A stretch of DNA of 64,000 nucleotides. Origin: Coleofasciculus sp. B1-GNL1-01. Its GTDB lineage: Bacteria; Cyanobacteriota; Cyanobacteriia; Cyanobacteriales; Coleofasciculaceae. The notes beneath the pieces were generated by a model. It saw nothing but the letters and a program-made list of their open reading frames with translations. It was not told the origin of the DNA and did not search any database. Positions 1-10,481 of the stretch are shown piece by piece; the stretch's first letter is position 1; each line of letters begins with the position of its first letter. A program made the translations under genes and the position numbers. The stretch lies in NCBI GenBank assembly GCA_040220235.1, contig JAVJTO010000118.1. One strand, 5' to 3'.

Positions 1-171
1 CCTTGCCGTAGTGCGTTTAGCGAAGCCATGCCGCAGGCTTTGCATCTTGCTCGCTACATTGAGCATCTTGCTCGCTACATTGAGCATCTTGCTCGCTACA
101 TTGAGCATCTTGCTCGCTACATTGAGCATCTTGCTCGCTACCCATTCCCAATTTAAATGCGTGACAGCTTA
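1..171. repeat. MITE-like element (AAGCTGT...ACAGCTT family), left end outside window, containing five 21-bp tandem units (GCATCTTGCTCGCTACATTGA) at 42-141
   Basis: Direct tandem repeat with period 21; ends in TTTAAATGCGTGACAGCTTA; homologous to 13427-13577 and (inverted) 17268-17392. Confidence 0.8.
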
Positions 172-296
172 ATCACCTTGATGGGTAAGGGCTTCTTCAC
201 TTGTGCAGCAAGCCCGAATTAACCTTACGCCCGGAAACCTTAGGGAACCCACGCTTTGCGCCCGATTCAATAGTAAAATCTATCCCTCCCAGAGGT

Positions 297-674
297 TTAT
301 CCTCCGAAGCGTTGAATTTCAATGAGATAGCCATTGGGATCACGCAAGAAGCAGTGGTAAATCTTGTACGTTTCATTGAACGTCGGCGGCTTTTCAAAGA
401 CAACACCGTGCTGCTGAAGATAGTCAAACCACTCGTCCACCTGTGGTGTTACCAAGGTAAAAATTACATTTGATTGCTTGTCAGTGAGTGGTGTTTTGGT
501 GCCGCTACTTTGGCACACACCCACGTACCCATCACAACTCACCTGATAAATCCGACAACTGCCTTGATCAAGCCATAACTCCAAACCCAACACATCTTCG
601 TAGAACCGTGCCGACATGTCAAGGTCATGGGTGTAGAAAAAGGTGATTGAAGACTCAATCGGCGGGTGGGACAT
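297..674 (-). CDS. VOC/glyoxalase-bleomycin resistance family protein
   Basis: DLDMSARFYEDVLGL and FLRDPNGYLIEI motifs typical of the VOC fold. Confidence 0.85.
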   Translation of the reverse strand: MSHPPIESSITFFYTHDLDMSARFYEDVLGLELWLDQGSCRIYQVSCDGYVGVCQSSGTKTPLTDKQSNVIFTLVTPQVDEWFDYLQQHGVVFEKPPTFNETYKIYHCFLRDPNGYLIEIQRFGG

Positions 675-805
675 CGCTTCACTTGTTCCAATAACTGGTC
701 AGATAATCGAAAGCAGCAATCAGTCTGTTATTTGTTCTCCAAAAGTATTAAATACCCACCAGCCAACATTAAATTTCACTGGTGGGATATGTTCGCTACG
801 AAGGT

Positions 806-1354
806 CTAGCTTTTTTTCATAAAGCCCAACGTTAAGCTATCCGGTGCGAGGAAATGGTTCAAATGATAAGCCCGTTCCTCCGTTTTCAACAGGATTTGTT
901 CATACAAATAGCGGGTGGCGCGATCGCCTAAACTTTCCGCTTGTGACGCCTGACGCCGAATTAACTGGATTATAGCTTGCTCGGCTGCCAAGTCATTCTC
1001 GATCATCTGACGCGATGAAAAAATGCCATCGGCTTCTGGAGAGAAGCAACATAACTGCGCCAGGGTGCTAAAACTAGCGGCGGGAACTCCACCTAATCCA
1101 TTGAGTCGTTCTCCCAAATCGTGGACATATTCCTGCGCCTGTTCGTAGCTTTCTTGAAAGAAGTCATGCAGGGAAGAAAATTCTGCACCTTCTACGACAA
1201 AGTGATGTTTTTGGTATTGCAGATAGAGGGCTTGGAAGCTTGCTAATGCAATATTTAGTCCTTCACAAACCGGAGCGGTGACTCCTTGCTCCAGTAGGAT
1301 GGGATTATCGTGGACTTCACCAAATGCCTGGACTAAACCCTGAGTATCTGGCAT
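806..1354 (-). CDS. dps: Dps family DNA starvation/stationary-phase protection protein (ferritin-like)
   Basis: [20 protein letters not shown] and [13 protein letters not shown], cyanobacterial Dps-type motifs. Confidence 0.9.
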   Translation of the reverse strand: MPDTQGLVQAFGEVHDNPILLEQGVTAPVCEGLNIALASFQALYLQYQKHHFVVEGAEFSSLHDFFQESYEQAQEYVHDLGERLNGLGGVPAASFSTLAQLCCFSPEADGIFSSRQMIENDLAAEQAIIQLIRRQASQAESLGDRATRYLYEQILLKTEERAYHLNHFLAPDSLTLGFMKKS

Positions 1355-1530
1355 GGTTGTGTTCTCCTTCTCATTAAGTTGGCGTTATTGCCAGTGTCTA
1401 GAGTTACTTTAGCACGCTTGTTTGAATCAGGTTAGTAACTAAGGGAAGAGATTGGGAGAGGAGAGATGAGGGAGAGGGGCTTCCACCCTCCCGCTCTTTC
1501 CTGTGAGAGAATAAGAGACGGTGTTCTCCT

Positions 1531-2190
1531 ATGTCAGCAGCAACTATGCAAACCAGCGATCGCACAGCTATCAATTCCCAGTCTCAGCATCCTCTATTCC
1601 CCGCCCGGACAGCAACCGTGAGACGTACCACGGGTGAAACCGATGTCCAGGTTAGCCTGAATTTCGATGGTACAGGAACTTGTCGTGCGGACACAGGTAT
1701 CCCCTTTTTGGATCACATGTTGCATCAGCTATCCTCTCATGGGTTAATTGATTTAGACGTGAAAGCCACGGGTGACATCGAAATTGATGATCACCATACC
1801 AACGAAGACGTGGGCATTACACTGGGACAGGCGTTTGCTCAGGCATTAAGCGATCGCAAAGGGATTGTCCGCTTTGGTCATTTTATCGCCCCCTTGGATG
1901 AGGCATTAGTCCAAGTGGCACTGGATTTTTCGGGGCGTCCTCATTTAAGCTATGGCTTAGAGATTCCCACTCAACGGGTTGGCACCTATGACACGCAACT
2001 GGTGCGGGAATTCTTTGTTGCATTGGTGAACCATAGCCAAATGACGTTGCACATCCGCCAACTGGATGGAATTAATTCTCATCATATTATCGAAGCCACG
2101 TTTAAAGCCTTTGCGCGATCAGTCCGTATGGCAACAGAAATCGATCCCCGTCGTGCTGAAATGATTCCCAGTTCTAAGGGGGTTTTGTGA
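1531..2190 (+). CDS. hisB: Imidazoleglycerol-phosphate dehydratase
   Basis: [22 protein letters not shown] and [14 protein letters not shown] signature motifs. Confidence 0.97.
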   Translation: MSAATMQTSDRTAINSQSQHPLFPARTATVRRTTGETDVQVSLNFDGTGTCRADTGIPFLDHMLHQLSSHGLIDLDVKATGDIEIDDHHTNEDVGITLGQAFAQALSDRKGIVRFGHFIAPLDEALVQVALDFSGRPHLSYGLEIPTQRVGTYDTQLVREFFVALVNHSQMTLHIRQLDGINSHHIIEATFKAFARSVRMATEIDPRRAEMIPSSKGVL

Positions 2191-2704
2191 CTTAATGGTC
2201 ATTTGTCTTATGTCGTTTGTCAAGACTATTTTCGAGCCAGAGAAATAGAGTTATCCTCTAATCATCGACTTGTGATGCAAACCGATACTTGTCAAGACGA
2301 AATGATAAATCATCATATAAATCATCAAAAGTTATACAGTATATAATATATGCTTAGAATTCACGATCAGGTTTTGCTGACGCCAAGCTAACCTCGTTTT
2401 CTCTCTAAATTTTAAATTCTCATTCCTGCCAATAATGAGTAATCCCATATAGTCAATTGATCGGCTATTAAATCTGTTTTCATAATCATTTGTCTTTTCC
2501 AAGTCATCAAGCTTCCAAAACCAATCTATGATTTGGCTAATTTGCTATGAGCAAAGACTTCCAATCTCTCTTTCATCAAAATATCTAATATTTCGATTTG
2601 TGTAGATAACTGGTCACTTAATTGGCTTGGGTCGCCCTCTCTCCATGTTAACCCAGATAATAAAGGGTTGATGACAGGTAATCAAGTATAAACTATAGGT
2701 AACC

Positions 2705-3949
2705 ATGGAGAATTGGCAACATTTCTTTTTTCTCTTGAGGAAGCGAGTCAACTTCACTCTTGTAGCACTCTTAACTTTTTGGCTTATACTCTTAATCGGA
2801 ATTCGAGGTGACACCATTCTAGAAATTGATATCCTTCAAAACGCAGCCAACCAAGCCGCCTACTATCTGGTTCAACAGACAAAAGATGATGGCAGGTTTG
2901 AGTATCGTCTCAACATGAATTCTGCCGTGAAAGTCAAGGAAAAGTATAATATTCTCCGTCATGCTGGCACAATCTACGCCCTAGGGATGTATTATCAGCG
3001 ACACCCCGATCCCCAGGTGCGTTCTACCCTAGAAAAAGCCAGTCAATATCTGCGAGATGAATCTATTTATCCTCTACCGGATCAGAATAACGTATTAGCG
3101 GTTTGGTCAGATCCCAAGGTTAATCACAGCGGAAACCCCCTCCAAGCCAAGCTAGGGGGGACAGGACTTGGGTTAGTCGCTTTATTAAGTATGGAGAAAA
3201 TTCAGCCCGAATTTACCCCCCTCTCCGATTTACAAAGGTTAGGGCAATTTCTCGTGTATATGCAAAAAGAAGAGGGCAATTTTTACTCAAAATATATCCC
3301 GTCGCAGGGAGGACGTTGGAATAAATGGCAATCGCTTTATTATCCGGGTGAGGCGGCTTTAGGACTAGCGATGCTTTACGAACAGGATGGTTCTGAAATT
3401 TGGCTTAATGCGGCGGCTAAAGCGTTAGCCTATCTCGCTCATTCTCGTGAAGGGCAAACGAATATATCAGCGGATCATTGGGCTATCCTGGCGACGGCTA
3501 AGCTATTCTCCCTAACTAATCAAAAGAACTTACCTGTATCGAGAGAATTGTTAGTGAATCATGCTATCCAGATTTGCGAAACGATACTCCAAGAGCAAAT
3601 TAAAGATCCTCAGCATCCTAACTATCACGGCGGCTTTTCCAAACAGGGTAAAGTTACTCCCACCGCCACCCGTTTAGAAGGATTGCAAGCGGCTCTGACG
3701 TTCCTTCCGGCTAGTCAGGAAATACGACAACGTATTGAGTCTACTATACCTGATGGTCTAAACTTTTTACTCCGCGCCCAGGTTAAGGACTCAAAATTCC
3801 TCGGCGCTTTTCCTAGGGCTGTCGATCAAATAGCCGCAGATACTCCTGATGCCGAAAAGTTTAATCGTCGCGTTACTGAAGTACGAATTGATTATGTACA
3901 ACATGCATTGAGTGCGATCATTCAATATTTAGAATTAGTAGAAGGCTAA
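2705..3949 (+). CDS. Membrane-anchored hypothetical protein, probable (alpha/alpha) toroid fold
   Basis: 414-aa ORF with N-terminal hydrophobic helix; motifs YNILRHAG, YYPGEAALGL, DHW, VRIDYVQHALSA; function not assignable. Confidence 0.6.
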   Translation: MENWQHFFFLLRKRVNFTLVALLTFWLILLIGIRGDTILEIDILQNAANQAAYYLVQQTKDDGRFEYRLNMNSAVKVKEKYNILRHAGTIYALGMYYQRHPDPQVRSTLEKASQYLRDESIYPLPDQNNVLAVWSDPKVNHSGNPLQAKLGGTGLGLVALLSMEKIQPEFTPLSDLQRLGQFLVYMQKEEGNFYSKYIPSQGGRWNKWQSLYYPGEAALGLAMLYEQDGSEIWLNAAAKALAYLAHSREGQTNISADHWAILATAKLFSLTNQKNLPVSRELLVNHAIQICETILQEQIKDPQHPNYHGGFSKQGKVTPTATRLEGLQAALTFLPASQEIRQRIESTIPDGLNFLLRAQVKDSKFLGAFPRAVDQIAADTPDAEKFNRRVTEVRIDYVQHALSAIIQYLELVEG

Positions 3950-3969
3950 GCTAGCATGAAAATCCTATA

Positions 3970-4560
3970 TCACAGAGCAGGATTGAGAATTTGGGCGGCG
4001 GTTAACCGCAACGCTTTGAATGTAGGCGATCGAATTTCATCACTACCCAAAAACTCTGTGGTATCGTAGAAGCCTTCCACCAGTTGACAAATTGTGATTT
4101 TATTCGCTAAGGGATCAACTACCCAGTATTCGGGAATTCCTAATACGGTGTACTCAGCGCGTTTGGCTCGATAATCTACAGTCTTAGTTGATTCGCTTAC
4201 CACCTCAACAACTAGTAAAGGGGGGGGTTCATCCAACGTAATGACCGCTTCTTTTTTATCACGTAGCTGTTGCCATTGTTCTAGAGGTAAAACGGTTACA
4301 TCAGGAATGCGAGAGGTGTGCCATTGTCCCCGTTGCGGCGACTGAATACCAACCGTCATTTGTTTACCTGTCCAGGGAAGTCCTAGCCGTTTAATTTCAG
4401 CGCGAAACTCGTCGTGTAGAAATTCCGCAATATCACCATGTAAACCACTACCAAGACTCATCGGAATTAATTTACCCTCAACTAGCTCATAAACCGTATC
4501 GGTTCCATCTGTATAGGTTAGATATTCTTGAAAGGTTAGCCGCTGGAGTGCAATTACCAT
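3970..4560 (-). CDS. Uma2 family (PD-(D/E)XK-like) endonuclease-domain protein
   Basis: [25 protein letters not shown] and [10 protein letters not shown] motifs. Confidence 0.9.
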   Translation of the reverse strand: MVIALQRLTFQEYLTYTDGTDTVYELVEGKLIPMSLGSGLHGDIAEFLHDEFRAEIKRLGLPWTGKQMTVGIQSPQRGQWHTSRIPDVTVLPLEQWQQLRDKKEAVITLDEPPPLLVVEVVSESTKTVDYRAKRAEYTVLGIPEYWVVDPLANKITICQLVEGFYDTTEFLGSDEIRSPTFKALRLTAAQILNPAL

Positions 4561-4666
4561 CTTTATCCCTCTAGCGTATTCCGGACTATGATGAATCCAT
4601 TATAGTTTTGTACCGTTTCGTTGACAAATGACGAATGACGTAGCTTGCTTCTCGATGAAAGCGAGT

Positions 4667-4745
4667 ATGACAAATGACAAATGACAAATGACAAATGACA
4701 AATGACCAATGACAAATGACCAATGACAAATGACCAATGACCAAT
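4667..4745. repeat. STRR heptamer tandem repeat (TGACAAA/TGACCAA)n
   Basis: About 11 tandem 7-mers; cyanobacterial short tandemly repeated repetitive sequence. Confidence 0.9.
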
Positions 4746-5974
4746 TAAGCCATTGGCGGAATCGTTAATCCTTTAAGCGATCGCGCTTTTTCCAGACTCA
4801 ACCCCTTACCCTGCACTAGCACTGTAAAACCGCCCAATCCCGTGGGGTCAATCAGTTGATGTAATGCATCCCGACGCTGCATAATTCTAATCACATCCTG
4901 CGCCCCCGCGATCGCTTGTCCCTGATGGCTTCCTAATCCTGACAATGCCGAGATGCGATCGCCTAATCCTAATGCCATTAAAAATAATCCTTGTTTGGTC
5001 AATTCTACGGTTTGTAATCCAGACAATTCTCCTTGCCGTTCCAATGCCGTAAAATTCACATGAGCGGTAATATCTTGCTGTCCAATATTTACATAAGGAT
5101 TATCATGATGGCGGTGACGATAATAGCATTTTAATGTTCCCTGATGTCGGACGGGTAAATAATAGCGATCGGCAGAATACCCATAATCAATCGTGAGCAA
5201 AAACCCTTGTTTCAGCTTATTAGCAATTGTCTTGATCCAATCCAACGCTGCCAAATTCACTTCAGTTCGATAGCCATCTGGATACGCCCCCGAATATAAA
5301 TTAATTCCCATCCATTGAAAATACTTGTTTAACTCCAGTGTAGAAAGATCATCGATAACTTCCCCCAAATGAATCTCATTGGTTTCCGTCGTTACCGTTG
5401 TCACATACACTTCCTGAAGCTGTCCCTTCTCCAGCACAACTTGATGCACTGGAAATGCATCGACGAGTTCATTAGAAAAACAACACCCGATGATTGAGTT
5501 GTCTAATATTTCATCAAAGGTACACCAGCGTAACGGTAAACCAGGTAAGTTCAACTGCTTGAAAACTTGCTGCTGTTTACTGATCAATCCCGCTGCTTTT
5601 TCAACAATGATATAGTCTAACGCCGCAAAACAGTCTGGATACTGTCGATATAAATGACTCAAAACATCAGCCGCAACCAATCCTTGACCCGCCCCCATTT
5701 CCACCAATGTAAAGGGTTCGGGGTGTCCCAGAATCTGCCAGATTTGGGCAAACTGTTCCGCCAGTAACTCACCAAAATCATGACCCAGATGGGATGAGGT
5801 AAAAAAGTCTCCTTCAGAGCCAATATTAACTGCACCCGTAGCATAATATCCCTGTTGGGGATGATAGAGGACTAAATCCATATATTCGGCAAATGAAATA
5901 CGCCGATTTGGTGTCGCCGCAATTTTATTAGCAATTAGGTGTCTCAAGGATTTCTCTTGGGGGGATAATGACAT
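4745..5974 (-). CDS. SAM-dependent methyltransferase, MidA/NDUFAF7 family
   Basis: ISFAEYMDLVLYHPQQGYY, GDFFTS, LVEMGAGQG, SNELVDAFP, IDYG, QDITAHVNF; start placed at MSLSPQ because the longer ORF runs through REP repeats. Confidence 0.9.
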   Translation of the reverse strand: MSLSPQEKSLRHLIANKIAATPNRRISFAEYMDLVLYHPQQGYYATGAVNIGSEGDFFTSSHLGHDFGELLAEQFAQIWQILGHPEPFTLVEMGAGQGLVAADVLSHLYRQYPDCFAALDYIIVEKAAGLISKQQQVFKQLNLPGLPLRWCTFDEILDNSIIGCCFSNELVDAFPVHQVVLEKGQLQEVYVTTVTTETNEIHLGEVIDDLSTLELNKYFQWMGINLYSGAYPDGYRTEVNLAALDWIKTIANKLKQGFLLTIDYGYSADRYYLPVRHQGTLKCYYRHRHHDNPYVNIGQQDITAHVNFTALERQGELSGLQTVELTKQGLFLMALGLGDRISALSGLGSHQGQAIAGAQDVIRIMQRRDALHQLIDPTGLGGFTVLVQGKGLSLEKARSLKGLTIPPMA

Positions 5975-6347
5975 GAGTGCAGATTGGGTAACGAAGTAGC
6001 AATGTAGAGACGTGCCATGGCACGTCTGGGAGATGGGGGAGATGAGGGAGTTAGCTGAAAACTTAATCAGGGCGGGTTTAATACCATTAAGGTGACAAAA
6101 AAGGATAATAGTCAAACCCACCCCTACAAGCCCTTTTTAATACCTGTTCCCTGTTCCCTAACCCATGACGAATATTGTCAATCCGCCAAATAGCTGAAAA
6201 AAGTTACGAGAAATGGCTGAGGCAGTCGCATCCGGATGCCGAAGACAATTATAGATAACTTTCTTAACAAACTGAAGAATTAGTATCAGGGTTTTCTTTT
6301 TTCAGAGCTATATCATTCCTATAAAGTGTATCTGCTGTCGCCAGTAA

Positions 6348-6884
6348 TTGCTTCCTTACCCCATAATAAAAATGACAACTGAAGGAAAAGTCCTCGCTAT
6401 TCTTTTGATGCAATTTAGTCTTCCTCCTGTCCCCGCCATGAAAGCTGTGGACGCTTGGTTAAAAGAGCATCCCCAGGAAAATTGGGACAGGTTGAAAGAA
6501 TTATTACACCAGAAAAAAATAACCCTGGTTAACGGAAAGCTGGCAACAATAACCCAACAGAGTGTCCCAAATTCAGGTAAGGGTGTCACCCCCTCTCAAG
6601 GGAAGCAAGCTGTCCATTATTCTCAGTCACGACAACCTCAGCCACCATCGGTTAAAACATTTCGATTTCGTGGGGTCACGTATCATAAAGTTGAAATGCC
6701 TCCAATTCAGCACTTTACGATGATTGATCCAACCATTCCACCGGACGTTTCCCAACCCAACCCTAATGATGATATACCCGCCTCTGATCCTCAAATCGTG
6801 AACTTTCATGAATACGCAGAACGCAAGAAGCGATCGCAGGAAAATCAGTTGAATCAGACAGAGCGATCGCAACAACAGGGGTAA
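6348..6884 (+). CDS. Hypothetical protein (true start probably 6372 or 6408)
   Basis: 178-aa ORF between convergent genes; low-complexity Q/P-rich sequence with an FRFRGVTY motif. Confidence 0.55.
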   Translation: MLPYPIIKMTTEGKVLAILLMQFSLPPVPAMKAVDAWLKEHPQENWDRLKELLHQKKITLVNGKLATITQQSVPNSGKGVTPSQGKQAVHYSQSRQPQPPSVKTFRFRGVTYHKVEMPPIQHFTMIDPTIPPDVSQPNPNDDIPASDPQIVNFHEYAERKKRSQENQLNQTERSQQQG

Positions 6885-6898
6885 TCACAGGGAAACCG

Positions 6899-7885
6899 TT
6901 ACCCGTTTTCTTTGAGAAATGCGTCCACCTCGCGTCGGGTTGGTTGAGCCGCGATCGCACCGGGTTTGAGTGTCGTTAGTCCACCCACAGCACTGGCGTA
7001 TTTGACCACATCTCGTGCTGACTCTGGCGTCGCTAGACATTTTAATCCCTTCTGACACAGTTGGTGAATCAAGCCCGCGACAAAACCATCACCCGCCCCT
7101 GTGGTATCTTGCACATTCATAGTAAAGGGTGAGAATGTACCTTCCTGTTCACCGAGACAGTAGGTTATATCTTGATCTCCATTCGTCACCAACACACCTT
7201 CCACTGAATCCAGACGATGGGTAATCGCCCCTGCATCCGAGGTATCAAAGAATAACTCCCCTTCTTCTTTGGCTATTTTGAGAAAATCGATTTCCTTGAC
7301 AAATTCTTCAATCAGTGGTTTTGCTTCACTGGGATCTGACCAAAACATGGGACGCCAGTTAATATCCACTAAAACTTTGACATCGTAGCGATTGGCGAGA
7401 TCCAAGGCTTGGTAAATCGCTTGTCGGGTTTGGGGATAGGCTAACTCCAGGGTACCCAAAACTAAATAATCAGCTCCCTCAAATAAGGATTCGGGTAACT
7501 TAGACACATCAAGGAAAGAGTCAGCAAATTGGGAAGTGTCAAAATCACCAAATCCAGCAAATTCGCGATCGCCCTTTTCTGAGCGCAGGACGTAAACCTG
7601 TCGGGTTGGTGCGGTAGGATGGCGCTGGACACCACTACTATCCACCCCGACATCTTCTAATAATTGGACAAGCTGGTTTCCTGGCTCATCAACTCCCACA
7701 GCTCCGATAAACGCCGCTGGGGTTCCCAACTTAACCAATGCACAAGCCACATTCGCTGGCGCTCCCCCAGGATAAGGTGTCCAGGATTCGACTTGTTCTA
7801 GGGATCGCCCCACCTGATTAGCTAGGCGATCGAATAAAATTTCACCGAGGCAGAGAACACGAGGATTAGTCACGGCAATATACAC
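6899..7885 (-). CDS. PfkB family carbohydrate kinase (fructokinase-like)
   Basis: GGAPANVA and DTTGAGDGF PfkB signatures. Confidence 0.92.
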   Translation of the reverse strand: MYIAVTNPRVLCLGEILFDRLANQVGRSLEQVESWTPYPGGAPANVACALVKLGTPAAFIGAVGVDEPGNQLVQLLEDVGVDSSGVQRHPTAPTRQVYVLRSEKGDREFAGFGDFDTSQFADSFLDVSKLPESLFEGADYLVLGTLELAYPQTRQAIYQALDLANRYDVKVLVDINWRPMFWSDPSEAKPLIEEFVKEIDFLKIAKEEGELFFDTSDAGAITHRLDSVEGVLVTNGDQDITYCLGEQEGTFSPFTMNVQDTTGAGDGFVAGLIHQLCQKGLKCLATPESARDVVKYASAVGGLTTLKPGAIAAQPTRREVDAFLKENG

Positions 7886-8028
7886 CTCAACGTTTCCCTC
7901 AGACTACCAGAGGCTTAACCTTTGGTTAAAAAGAATCTCTCAAACCAGGATGAGTTATGGCGTGTAGGTATCCCATAGTTCGTTAGAATTAAAAAGGTAT
8001 AAGTAGATTTACCAAGGGCAAAATACCT

Positions 8029-8313
8029 ATGGCTGGTGGCAAGTCGGATAAGTCTGTTTCTCTCTCAGACCGGGAATTACAAATTGTAGACCTGGTCGCC
8101 GCTGGTTTAACCAATCAGGAGATTGCCCAGGACTTGGAAATCAGTAAGCGCACTGTCGATAACCATATTAGTAATATTTTGCAGAAGACCCATACCGATA
8201 ATCGAGTCGCACTGGTGCGTTGGGCGTTGCAGTGGGGTAAAGTTTGTTTGAATGATATTAACTGTTGTACCTTACCTCCCAAGCCCAATAATAATGATGA
8301 GGTGGTTTCCTAG
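8029..8313 (+). CDS. pedR: Small LuxR-type HTH regulator, PedR-like
   Basis: LSDRELQIVDLVAAGLTNQEIA...TVDNHISNIL plus C-terminal WGKVCLNDINCC cysteines as in cyanobacterial PedR. Confidence 0.8.
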   Translation: MAGGKSDKSVSLSDRELQIVDLVAAGLTNQEIAQDLEISKRTVDNHISNILQKTHTDNRVALVRWALQWGKVCLNDINCCTLPPKPNNNDEVVS

Positions 8314-8488
8314 AACAGAGAGCCGGGGGAGCCATCACGAGACGCGCCATGACCCATCTATGTGTAGGGGCGGGTTTAGGGACAATATTGAATGTTATCC
8401 CCAGCTTGGCTACAAAACCCGCCCTGTCTAAATTATGTTGTATTCCCTGTTCCCTGTTCCCTGTTCCCTGTTCCCTGTTCCCTGACAA

Positions 8489-9541
8489 ATGACTCAACTA
8501 TCGAGCAAACCGTGGTGGAAAATTCCTCTATTAAATCGCTCCGGAGCCATCCGACTCGCTATACTGAGTATCATTCTCTTGATTGTCATTGTTGGCGCGT
8601 GGTTCCTAATGATCCGAATGCCTGGAGAAAGTTATAACGGTGAACTCCCACCCCTAACCCAGAAAGAAATCGCCTTGCAAAATGCGCTTCAGCAAGATGT
8701 GGAAAAACTGGCGGGGGAAATTGGGCGACGCAACTATTTGCACTATGACGGTTTAATCGCGGCGACTGATTTTTTGGAACAGCATCTATCAGAATCTGGG
8801 TATCAAGTCAAGCGACAAGGATACGAGATTGATAATCAAACGTATTACAATCTTGAAGTCGAAATTATTGGCACTGAAAAACCCCAGGAAATCGTTGTCG
8901 TTGGCGGTCACTACGATTCAGTCTATACCAGTCCGGCGGCGAATGATAACGGTACTGGCGCAGCCGCAACCTTAGAGTTAGCGCGTTTATTTGCCGGAAA
9001 ACAGCCAGCTAGAACGCTGCGGTTTGTGGAGTTTGTCAATGAAGAACCGCCATTTTTCCAGACGGATCAGATGGGGAGTTTCGTCTATGCTAAACAATGC
9101 CGCGATCGCAATGAGAATATTGTGGCGATGCTGAGTTTAGAAACGATGGGATATTACTCCGATAAAATTGGGTCTCAGCGCTATCCGTTTCCCTTAGACA
9201 AGATTTATCCCTTACAAGGAAATTTTATCGGGTTTATCGGTAATTTAGGGTCAAGAAAACTCGTTCACAACGTCGTTGAATCCTTCCGCCGCCATGCCAA
9301 ATTTCCCTCTGAAGGTGCGACGTTACCCCCGATGATTCCGGGTGTGGGTTGGTCAGATCAGTGGGCATTTTGGCAGCAGGGGTATCCGGGTGTAATGGTT
9401 ACGGATACAGCCCCCTTTCGCTATCCTTACTATCATACTGACGAAGATACACCCGATAAAGTAGACTATGAACGATTAGCGCGAGTTGTTGCTGGGTTGG
9501 AGCAGGTAATTACAGAGTTAGCTGGAAGTAAAGTTCCCTAA
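8489..9541 (+). CDS. M28 family metallopeptidase, membrane-anchored
   Basis: GGHYDS, ANDNGTG, NEEPP, SDQW and YHTDEDTPDK motifs; N-terminal TM helix. Confidence 0.88.
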   Translation: MTQLSSKPWWKIPLLNRSGAIRLAILSIILLIVIVGAWFLMIRMPGESYNGELPPLTQKEIALQNALQQDVEKLAGEIGRRNYLHYDGLIAATDFLEQHLSESGYQVKRQGYEIDNQTYYNLEVEIIGTEKPQEIVVVGGHYDSVYTSPAANDNGTGAAATLELARLFAGKQPARTLRFVEFVNEEPPFFQTDQMGSFVYAKQCRDRNENIVAMLSLETMGYYSDKIGSQRYPFPLDKIYPLQGNFIGFIGNLGSRKLVHNVVESFRRHAKFPSEGATLPPMIPGVGWSDQWAFWQQGYPGVMVTDTAPFRYPYYHTDEDTPDKVDYERLARVVAGLEQVITELAGSKVP

Positions 9542-9551
9542 TAAAAATTCT

Positions 9552-10400
9552 TCAGGGATTATAGCAGACAAACTCAGGAAGACGGTTCTGAATCGCATTC
9601 CATTCCCTGGCTAGATTCGTTTCCCCCGGACGAATTTTGCGTTCATTAAGTTCAGGATGACGGGCGTAGAAAACGGCATCAGCAACTTCATTCGGATTAT
9701 AATTAACCACATCATATCCATCCGACTCAGGCGGTTGTTCACAGTCTCGTGGCGTCCACCTAACTTTATCCGCGATCGCGCGACGAATAGCAACCCACTC
9801 TTGCTGTAATTGAGTTTGGGAAGGTTGAAGTTTCTCGCCTTGCATTTGGGGGTAAAGGCGATAGAAGAAAAAATCTGTCCAAGCGTTAACAGCGGAGGAA
9901 GGTGCTTCTGCTAAGAGTCTTCTACATTCATAAAGAATTTGTTGAAAATCAATATTAGATTGAATGTTTTCTAATGGTATTTTTTTGTAGTTGTTTAGAT
10001 TGATGTTTTCGTTCTCATCAAATTCCCATGATTCACGGACAGAGTTAACAATTGGTTTGGCTGACGCAGCATCAGTGACGAAGTTGCCGTTTGCTGTGCC
10101 TCGCCAACAATAACTCAATTCAGTTCTATATTTATAGGTATAACCAACGACTAGGTTGCCTCTTTTTTCCAAAATCAGATAATTTTGGTCATCGGAAATG
10201 TCTCGGAAAAAATGAAAGCCGCTTGGTAATGCGTCAAGATTAACGCCTCCTCCTGATTGAGCCAACAGATCGCCTCCAGATTGAGCCACCCCAGGTTGAG
10301 GCTGGAAACCTTGGCTACTCGATTTGGCGGGCGCGATCGCGATCGCAGTAGTCAGGCTCAGGACAATGAGAGAAAGTTGGGTGATTGCGCGGGTGTTCAT
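9552..10400 (-). CDS. Secreted hypothetical protein with C-terminal duplicated module
   Basis: Signal-peptide-like N-terminus; two similar D-x-x-FY-x-x-[YH]P...EW-x-AI segments. Confidence 0.65.
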   Translation of the reverse strand: MNTRAITQLSLIVLSLTTAIAIAPAKSSSQGFQPQPGVAQSGGDLLAQSGGGVNLDALPSGFHFFRDISDDQNYLILEKRGNLVVGYTYKYRTELSYCWRGTANGNFVTDAASAKPIVNSVRESWEFDENENINLNNYKKIPLENIQSNIDFQQILYECRRLLAEAPSSAVNAWTDFFFYRLYPQMQGEKLQPSQTQLQQEWVAIRRAIADKVRWTPRDCEQPPESDGYDVVNYNPNEVADAVFYARHPELNERKIRPGETNLAREWNAIQNRLPEFVCYNP

Positions 10401-10481
10401 GTTTCAGCACCCCCATTACTGGACGACAACAATACTTTTACAAGTATATATATTCTACAATGAATCTCTATTTATCGAAAC

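Noticed and set aside
42..141. 21-bp repeats as a CRISPR array
   Set aside because: Directly tandem with no spacers; internal to a MITE
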